A stretch of DNA of 63,998 nucleotides, the filler included, from an uncultured bacterium (lineage in GTDB: Bacteria > CAYJOG01): the NCBI GenBank assembly GCA_964371695.1. It is 6 parts of 6 records of this genome, joined end to end, with 100 filler letters (N's around TTAATTAATTAA, not from the genome) between each part and the next. Parts side by side here need not be neighbours in the genome. Positions count along the whole stretch, not along the records: positions 47,248 to 58,705 come from CAYJOG010000047.1; positions 58,806 to 63,998 come from CAYJOG010000232.1; 4 more parts are not named here. The stretch is one strand, 5' to 3'. Below, piece by piece: positions 57,707-63,998 of the stretch. The stretch's first letter is position 1, and every line of letters begins with the position of its first letter. A model generated the notes under the pieces. It was given only the letters and a program-made list of their open reading frames with translations. It was not told the DNA's origin and did no database searches. The translations under genes and the position numbers were made by a program.

Positions 57707-57979
57707 ATGCCACTGTTTGAGTACGAATGTCAGGAATGTGGTGAGCACCAGACGGTGGCGGTGATGTCGGGCGAGGCCGAGGCCCCTCCCCCGCCCTGTT
57801 CCTATTGCGGCGGCACGGTGTTTGTCCGACTGCCCGGCGCTTTTGCCGCAGCCACCAGCGCCGTGAAGGAGCGCCATCAGCGCACCGAAAAAGCCATGGC
57901 CAAGGCGGCACAGTCAGCCAGCCCGCCCGCTGGTTGCCCCAACGCCCAGTGCCCCAGCCACCAGTTGCGTGATGACTGA
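57707..57979 (+). CDS. FmdB-family zinc ribbon protein
   Basis: MPLFEYECQECG..CSYCG. Confidence 0.85.
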   Translation: MPLFEYECQECGEHQTVAVMSGEAEAPPPPCSYCGGTVFVRLPGAFAAATSAVKERHQRTEKAMAKAAQSASPPAGCPNAQCPSHQLRDD

Positions 57980-58514
57980 GAACACCAATAAAGCCCAGGC
58001 GCTGGCCGGGCCGTTTTTTTTGTCCGTGGCGCTGCTGGGGCTGAAGGGTGTGCCGCCCTGGAGTTATCTGACGCTTTATGGCCTGCTGCTGTTGCCGGTG
58101 GCGAGCGCTTGGCATTTGTGGGTGATGCCCCGCTTGGCCACAGCCCCCTGGCCCCGCCGTGGGGCACTGGTGAATCAGCCCGACGAACAACTGCTGTGGC
58201 TGGGGCTTGTACCCAGCCAGCCTTTTCGCCCTCCCCGCCTGGCCTGGGAGGATTTGCGCTCGCTGGGCTGGTATGTCCTGGCTTTGCTGCCCCACGTGGG
58301 GGGCTATCTGGCGGTGCTGGGTGTGTTTTTGCACCGTGTGCGGTTGCGGGAACAACTGGGCCAGCCCCGTGCGTGGGCGGTGACGGAGGTGTTGCTGTTC
58401 TGCCTGCCCGCCTTGCTGGCGCTGGGTTTGTGTCAGCACCTGCTCTTGGGGGGCATGGTGGGTTTTGCCAGCCTTTGCGAAATGCAGCCCAGGATGTGCG
58501 GCCTGGGCGGGTAA
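57969..58514 (+). CDS. Hypothetical membrane protein
   Basis: Overlaps FmdB stop; about four hydrophobic segments. Confidence 0.55.
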   Translation: MMTENTNKAQALAGPFFLSVALLGLKGVPPWSYLTLYGLLLLPVASAWHLWVMPRLATAPWPRRGALVNQPDEQLLWLGLVPSQPFRPPRLAWEDLRSLGWYVLALLPHVGGYLAVLGVFLHRVRLREQLGQPRAWAVTEVLLFCLPALLALGLCQHLLLGGMVGFASLCEMQPRMCGLGG

Positions 58515-58949
58515 AGGCACAGGTTTAAAAGTTGATGCATTCCCTCTCCCGTCCGAAGGATGGGAGAGGGTGGTTTCCCTTGGGCTAAAAGCTCAGAGGA
58601 AACCGGGTGAGGGCATGAGAAAAAAGACAAAAACCTGTTTTGTTTTTCTTTTTATACCAATGAACATTCAAAATAGCAGGAATGTTCATTGGTTTTATTG
58701 GCCTTNNNNNNNNNNNNNNNNNNNNNNNNNNNNNNNNNNNNNNNNNNNNTTAATTAATTAANNNNNNNNNNNNNNNNNNNNNNNNNNNNNNNNNNNNNNN
58801 NNNNNCTCTAACCCCTCACCCGGCCTGCGGCCACCCTCTCCCCGTAAAGGGGAGAGGGTAATAAGGTGGTTCTTATATTTCACTGGATTCCCGCTTTCGC
58901 GGGAATGACGGCGGGCGTCCTCGCCCACCTGAAACAAAACCCCCCATCC

Positions 58950-61247
58950 TTACTCCCCCGCCTTGCCCAGCACCTCCAGCAGGCTGAGGGCCTTCTGCCG
59001 CAGGCCGGGGTCTTCGGTCTGGCGCAACTCCATGGCTGCGTTGCGGGCGGCATCCGGCTGGTTACAGGTGAGGGCGGTTTCCATCAGGTTCGCCATGTGG
59101 GGCACGCGCTGGCGAGGGTCGGCAAACATCGTGGGCGAGGCCAGCTCCCTGAGCCAGAAAAGCGCCTGATCACACTGGCCATCCGACAGGTCCTGCTGCC
59201 ACAGCACCGTGAGGGCTTCCAGCTTTAAATCAGTGCGCAGGGCGTTGTGGGGCAGGGCGGCGTAATAACGCCGGGCGTCGGCGCGGCGGTTTTCCCGCAG
59301 GGCTTCGCGCCCCAGCATCAGCAGCAGGCCCACGCGCCGCTCCAGTTTTTCACCGTCGCCGGAAAGTTTTTCCAGCGCCTTGTCCACGCGGGCCGTATCG
59401 CCCTTGAGCATGCCCGCCACGCCGTCGAGGTAATACAGCTTGGGACTGGGGTCGGCCTGCCACAGCAGGGGACGCAGCAGGCTGTCGGCCTCGTCTCCCC
59501 GGCGGGCCGCCAGCGCACTTTCCACCACCGCCGTGGCCATGGCGGGCTGTGCCCACAGGCCGGGGGGCGTGGTGTCTTTCAGCCAGCGATAAAGCCGCAG
59601 GGCCAGAATGGACGACGACTCGTTGGCCGCCAAAGTCTGGAGCGTTTCAAGCAGCAAAGACTCGCTGGCCGCGCCCTGTCGGCTGATGGCGGCCATGGCC
59701 AGCAACAGGCAGCGGGGGTGCTGCGCCAGCGTGGCGCAGGTGGTGTCCGCGCCAAAAAGCCGGGGGGCGATATCTGCCAGCGCCTGGGGCGTGAGGGGCG
59801 TTTTTTTGTTGGCGCGGAAAAGCACCTGGGCCATGGCGGCGGCCACCGGCAGGCCGGTGTCTTCTTCGGCCAACACCGCCTGGGCGGCGTGGGGGTCGTG
59901 TTTGCGCCGGTGGTGGGCCACCCGCAGGGCGCGCCACAGGGCGGTGCGGGCGTCATTGCTGGCGGGGTCAAAGCTGATGTTGCGCAGCACCAGCGCCTTG
60001 GCGGCTTTTTGCCAGAAGGCATGGCCGCCATCGGGCGGCGCGGCGGCGGGCGCGCTGCCCAGCAGCCGCAGCAGGCCGCGGGCGGCTTTGTCATAGGCGG
60101 CGCTGGCCCCCGTGGGCGCGGGCCAGCCAAACGACAACAACGGCTCAATGCCCTCACCGGCCACCGAGGTGCCGTCCAGACCAAAATAACGCCCCACCGT
60201 CAGGGTGAATCCCCCGCCGTTGTTGAGCTGGTGAATCTGCTGCACCAGACCCTTGCCAAAGGTGCGCTCACCGGCCACCGGCACACCCAGTCGGGTGCTG
60301 AGGTGCTGGGTGATCAGCTCTGCCCCGCTGGCGGTCTGGTTGTTCACCAGAACGGCAAGCGGCAGGGGCAGACTGGGGGTGAGGCCGTCGCTGAAGCTGG
60401 TGGTGCGCTCCTGTTTGGGGCCTTTTTGCAGGTGATAAAGCGGCTCGCCCTTGGGGCGCAGGTGGCTGAGGAGAATGCGGGTGGCCTCCAGATCGCCCCC
60501 TTCGTTGCCCCGCAGGTCCAGCAGCCAGCCCTGACATTTTTTGACATGAGGGGCGCGCACGGCCTTCAGCGCCTGAGCGGGTGTGTTGGCCGAGAGATGT
60601 GTGATTTTCATCAGGCACAGGCGCGGTGTGCCGGGGGCGTCGGGGCCGGGCAGGACATAGGCAAACACCTGAAAACTCTCCACCCAGCCCCGCCGCAGGT
60701 TGGCGCTGCCCTCCACGCCCCACACCGGGTCGCGCCACTGCACGGTCACCTTGCTGCCTTCGGTTCCCTCCAGCGCGGCCTGGGCCTTGCCCAGGGCCTC
60801 GGCGGCGGAAAGATTCTTGAGCACCACGTCACCCACCCGCAGCACCAGCAGGCCCTCATACAAACCGGCTTCATCAGCGGGGCCGCCCGGCTCCACGGCG
60901 CTCATCACCACCCGCTCACCCTCACGCACCAGCGTCAGGCCCACCCCCACCTTTTTGCCCTCGGTGCGCTCCAGAAAAGGTTTCATTTCATCGGGCGAGA
61001 GATAACGGCTGTAGGGGTCCAGCGTGCCCAGCATGCCCTTGAGTGCGCCAATCAACAGGTCCTGGGCATCCAGCGGGCGTTCATAACCACTCATCACCAT
61101 GTTCAGCAGCGAGCCGAAGTTGACGCTGGCGGTGTAGGGCAGCTCCGCCGGAAAAACAGGCCCGGCCTGGGCGCGGGCGGGCGCAAGCCGCAGACTCATA
61201 CACAAAACCGTCAAGGCAACAAAAAGCAGCAGGCCGCGGCGGAGCAC
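58950..61247 (-). CDS. S41 (CtpA-like) carboxyl-terminal protease with PDZ and helical C-terminal extension
   Basis: LDPYSRYL, GVGL PDZ, LDLRGNEGG, TASGAE (Ser), TFGKGLVQ (Lys). Confidence 0.9.
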   Translation of the reverse strand: MLRRGLLLFVALTVLCMSLRLAPARAQAGPVFPAELPYTASVNFGSLLNMVMSGYERPLDAQDLLIGALKGMLGTLDPYSRYLSPDEMKPFLERTEGKKVGVGLTLVREGERVVMSAVEPGGPADEAGLYEGLLVLRVGDVVLKNLSAAEALGKAQAALEGTEGSKVTVQWRDPVWGVEGSANLRRGWVESFQVFAYVLPGPDAPGTPRLCLMKITHLSANTPAQALKAVRAPHVKKCQGWLLDLRGNEGGDLEATRILLSHLRPKGEPLYHLQKGPKQERTTSFSDGLTPSLPLPLAVLVNNQTASGAELITQHLSTRLGVPVAGERTFGKGLVQQIHQLNNGGGFTLTVGRYFGLDGTSVAGEGIEPLLSFGWPAPTGASAAYDKAARGLLRLLGSAPAAAPPDGGHAFWQKAAKALVLRNISFDPASNDARTALWRALRVAHHRRKHDPHAAQAVLAEEDTGLPVAAAMAQVLFRANKKTPLTPQALADIAPRLFGADTTCATLAQHPRCLLLAMAAISRQGAASESLLLETLQTLAANESSSILALRLYRWLKDTTPPGLWAQPAMATAVVESALAARRGDEADSLLRPLLWQADPSPKLYYLDGVAGMLKGDTARVDKALEKLSGDGEKLERRVGLLLMLGREALRENRRADARRYYAALPHNALRTDLKLEALTVLWQQDLSDGQCDQALFWLRELASPTMFADPRQRVPHMANLMETALTCNQPDAARNAAMELRQTEDPGLRQKALSLLEVLGKAGE

Positions 61248-61367
61248 GGTGTAAGTCTAGTGGTTCGTTCGACTCAAAATGAGTAGCAGCGATGTCCCCA
61301 TCGCTGCTGTCACAGTGCGGTGGGGACACCGCACCTACTCCTCATTTTTAACCAAATGAACCACTGA

Positions 61368-61516
61368 CAGGGTGTTGAGAAAGTCCCTCCTGGCCTTTCT
61401 CAACCCGTTTTGCTTAGGCAAAGCCAGCACAAAACGGCGCTTTTGCAGGGGTTTTTTGACCCCTGCAAGCGGTAAAATCCATCCATGGATTTTTCAGGGT
61501 GTTTGTCAACACCCTG
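61368..61516. mobile_element. 149-bp MITE with IS5/IS1182-like ends
   Basis: CAGGGTGTTGAGAAA / TTTGTCAACACCCTG, flanked by CTGA and CTAA; internal hairpins; no transposase. Confidence 0.7.
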
Positions 61517-62185
61517 CTAAGCCAGACCAGGGGTGGCGGGTGCTGGGGGGGGAGGCGCGTTCAGCGCCCCCTTTATCGACGCCAGTTGACCCACCGGGTT
61601 TTCACTCCCCAGCACCGCACCGCACACCGCCACACGGCGCACACCCCAACCCATGGCCTGGGGCAGAACCGCCGCCGTGACGCCCCCCAGGGCAAACACA
61701 GGCACGGGCAGCGCCATGGCGCGGGGCCAGACATCGGGCGGCAGCGGCGGGCGGGGAACAGCGTCTTTGGTGGTGGGGAACAGCAGCGAGAGCAGCACAA
61801 AATCGGCGCCGTCCTGGGCCGCCTGGGCGGCTTCTTCCAGCGCGTGGGCGCTGTAACCCATCACCAGCCGGGGGAACTTTTTTCTCACCTCCGCCACCGG
61901 TGCGTCTTCTTTGCCCAGTTGCACGGCGGCGTTCAGCGCCACCGCCAGCCCGGGATGGTCATAAACCACCGGCAAAATGCCGCCCGGAATCATGGGGCGC
62001 AAACGCCGCACCACACCGGCATAAACATCGGGCGAAAGCTCCGGCGCACGCAGCATGATCACGTCCGCGCCGCCCATCGTCGCCAAGCGCACCTGTGTAT
62101 CCAGCGAGCGACCACGGGCGCGCTGCGTGTCGGTGATCACCGCCAGATGGGCGCGCTTCAGTTGCTCCCGTCCAGCCTCGTTCAC
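61517..62185 (-). CDS. ThiE/TenI-like thiamine phosphate synthase family protein (divergent)
   Basis: GYSAH, GADFV, LFPTTK, PVFALGGV; GTG 62185 overlaps fur stop. Confidence 0.75.
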   Translation of the reverse strand: MNEAGREQLKRAHLAVITDTQRARGRSLDTQVRLATMGGADVIMLRAPELSPDVYAGVVRRLRPMIPGGILPVVYDHPGLAVALNAAVQLGKEDAPVAEVRKKFPRLVMGYSAHALEEAAQAAQDGADFVLLSLLFPTTKDAVPRPPLPPDVWPRAMALPVPVFALGGVTAAVLPQAMGWGVRRVAVCGAVLGSENPVGQLASIKGALNAPPPPAPATPGLA

Positions 62186-62637
62186 TTCTGAAACTGGCAC
62201 TTGCCCGTGTCGCGGAAACCCTGGCACACGCCATAGAGTTTCAGGCTGTGTTCCTCAAGAAAAAAGCCGTTTTTTTCGGCCACGTTGCGTTGCAGGCGCT
62301 CGATGTCGCCGTCTACAAACTCGACAATGCGCCAGCACTGGTTGCAGATGAGGTGGTCGTGGTGGTCGTGGCCAATGACGTGTTCATAAACGGCGCGGGT
62401 TTCGTTCAGGCGCATTTTTTTGACGAAACCAGCTTCCTCCAGCAAAGCCAGGGTGCGATAAACCGTGGCGCGGCTGATGCTTTTGTCTTTGCGCCGCAGG
62501 TCTTCATAAAGTTCGTCGGCGGTGTAATGATCATGGCGACTGAGGATGTGCTCCACCAGTTTTTCGCGCTGGGGCGTGAGGCGCAGGGCGTGATGACGCA
62601 CATACTTGCGAAACTGTGTCATCTCCTCGGCCAGCAT
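62182..62637 (-). CDS. fur: Fur-family transcriptional regulator
   Basis: LRLTPQR, HYTADEL, ISRATVYRTL, HHDHLICNQC. Confidence 0.93.
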   Translation of the reverse strand: MLAEEMTQFRKYVRHHALRLTPQREKLVEHILSRHDHYTADELYEDLRRKDKSISRATVYRTLALLEEAGFVKKMRLNETRAVYEHVIGHDHHDHLICNQCWRIVEFVDGDIERLQRNVAEKNGFFLEEHSLKLYGVCQGFRDTGKCQFQK

Positions 62638-62687
62638 GGGGCAAGTGTAATGCCCCAGCCCGGCAGGCCGAAAAATTCGGAGGTTTT

Positions 62688-63260
62688 TTAACCCCCGCCC
62701 TGACCCTGGCCGGGTTGCCACAACACGTCCGCCTCGCCGTTGTGGTTGAAGTGCCGCGCCAGCACAAACAGGCAGTCGCTCAGGCGGTTGAGATACATGA
62801 TGACAAACGGGTTGACGGCCTCTTGCACCGCCAGGGCGGTGGCGGCGCGCTCGGCCCGGCGGCACACGGTGCAGGCCAGGTGGCACCAGGCCGCCGCCGG
62901 TGTGCCGCCCCGCAGCACAAAACTGTTCAGGGGGGCCAGTTGTTCGTTGTAATGGTCAATCACTTTTTCCAGCGCCTCTACTTGTCCGCTGGTGATGCGC
63001 AGGGCCCCGGCAGCGTTTTCGTCTTCGGGCACACACAGGTCCGCCCCCAAATCAAAAAGGTCGTTCTGCACACGGCGCACAAACCCCTTGAGTTTTTCGT
63101 CTTCAACCTGAAGATGCAGCAGACCCAGCACGCTGTTCAGTTCGTCCACGTCGCCATAGGCGCTCACACGGGGGGAGTGTTTGGGCACCCGCTCGCCGCT
63201 GCCCAGCGACGTGTCGCCCTTGTCGCCCCCCTTGGTATAAATCCGGCCCAGGAAAACCAT
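62688..63260 (-). CDS. PduO-type cob(I)alamin adenosyltransferase
   Basis: IYTKGGDKGDT, YGDVDELNS, QNDLFDLGADL, CRRAER, YLNRLSD. Confidence 0.95.
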   Translation of the reverse strand: MVFLGRIYTKGGDKGDTSLGSGERVPKHSPRVSAYGDVDELNSVLGLLHLQVEDEKLKGFVRRVQNDLFDLGADLCVPEDENAAGALRITSGQVEALEKVIDHYNEQLAPLNSFVLRGGTPAAAWCHLACTVCRRAERAATALAVQEAVNPFVIMYLNRLSDCLFVLARHFNHNGEADVLWQPGQGQGGG

Positions 63261-63263
63261 GGG

Positions 63264-63644
63264 TTACCCGCGGGTGTCTTTCAATGATTGCAGCAGGTCG
63301 CCCAGCACATCCAGCAGCTCTTTGCGCTGGCCGTGACGATGGGGGGGATGGCCATGGGAATGGCCTTCGTGTTTTTGCGCCCGCCCACCATGGGGGCAGT
63401 GTCCCCCTTCGCCCCGCCCTGGCCCCTCGCGCTGGTCACGGCCCCGGCCCAGGGATTCATCGCGGCTCAGGCGCACCTGGGTGCTGATGAAAAAACAGGG
63501 CGTGATGTCCGGGCACTGGCGGCATTCATGCACCAGCGCGGCGTTGAAAAAATAATCCCCGCTGTCGCGGAACGTGGCCAAGGGCCGGTCATGAAACGTG
63601 CCGAAGCAGGGTTTCACGTCTTCCAGCGGCGGCCCGGTGTGCAT
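63264..63644 (-). CDS. Small Cys/His-rich hypothetical protein
   Basis: CFG..CRQC....C, His-rich tail; ends 3 nt before pduO start. Confidence 0.65.
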   Translation of the reverse strand: MHTGPPLEDVKPCFGTFHDRPLATFRDSGDYFFNAALVHECRQCPDITPCFFISTQVRLSRDESLGRGRDQREGPGRGEGGHCPHGGRAQKHEGHSHGHPPHRHGQRKELLDVLGDLLQSLKDTRG

Positions 63645-63751
63645 GGTGTTGATTGTAAAGGCACAAAGGGCGATCTGAATAATTCAGCGCACTTTTTTCT
63701 CAACGAAAAAAAACAGGTCGCCTCCCCCCATTTCAGGGCAGAGGCGACGTC

Positions 63752-63919
63752 TCACCGGGTTTCTTTATAGGTGGTGTGTTTGCGCAGGACAGGGTTGTAT
63801 TTTTTCAGTTCGATGCGCCCCGGATCGTTGCGTTTATTTTTTTCGGTGGTGTAGCGGTGTTTGGTTTCGGGGCATTCCAGGGTGATCACCTGTCGCGCTG
63901 CTTTTGCTTTCTTGGCCAT
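63752..63919 (-). CDS. rpmG: 50S ribosomal protein L33
   Basis: Own translation [63 protein letters not shown]. Confidence 0.95.
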   Translation of the reverse strand: MAKKAKAARQVITLECPETKHRYTTEKNKRNDPGRIELKKYNPVLRKHTTYKETR

Positions 63920-63943
63920 GGCTTGCCTCCTTTCTCGTTTGTC

Positions 63944-63998
63944 TTACTTGATGATCTTGGTGACGACGCCTGCGCCGATGGTGCGGCCGCCTTCGCGG
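63944..63998 (-). CDS. tuf: Elongation factor Tu, C-terminal end
   Basis: REGGRTIGAGVVTKIIK-stop. Confidence 0.93.
   Translation of the reverse strand, partial: REGGRTIGAGVVTKIIK

Noticed and set aside
11833..58805. Repeated TTAATTAATTAA within N runs
   Set aside because: Artificial contig linker, not biological; cross-linker gene neighbourhoods were ignored

Overview
GC-rich bacterial draft/MAG sequence made of six unrelated contigs joined by artificial 100-nt linkers (N-run/TTAATTAATTAA/N-run at 11833, 23744, 35490, 47148, 58706), plus five 10-N gaps; adjacency across linkers is meaningless. About 55 CDS: housekeeping (glyA, clpX and tuf fragments, rpmG, leuA, two ThrC-family genes, ETF-QO, Sua5, rapZ, fur, PduO, pilT), envelope/glycan enzymes, signalling (hybrid PAS kinase, GAF/HD-GYP, MshEN-CheX + CheY, sigma-70), two TA modules (VapBC, HEPN-MNT) and a secreted TPR-CHAT protease. 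No rRNA, tRNA, CRISPR array, transposase or prophage was seen. Most notable: (1) a TAnnnT -10 box 6-8 nt before the start of 14 genes lacking an SD (pervasive leaderless expression); (2) intergenic DNA packed with several REP/MITE families, including a five-layer nested palindromic block, a dispersed element with compensatory base changes, and hairpins sharing a CATCCATG apex; (3) unusual proteins: LexA without its Ala-Gly cleavage loop, a HEPN toxin with Asp at the AMPylated Tyr, an acidic lipoprotein with three NACGE repeats beside two redoxins, and tandem ThrC paralogs of two subfamilies. Product calls rest on motif recognition only; no database search was run.
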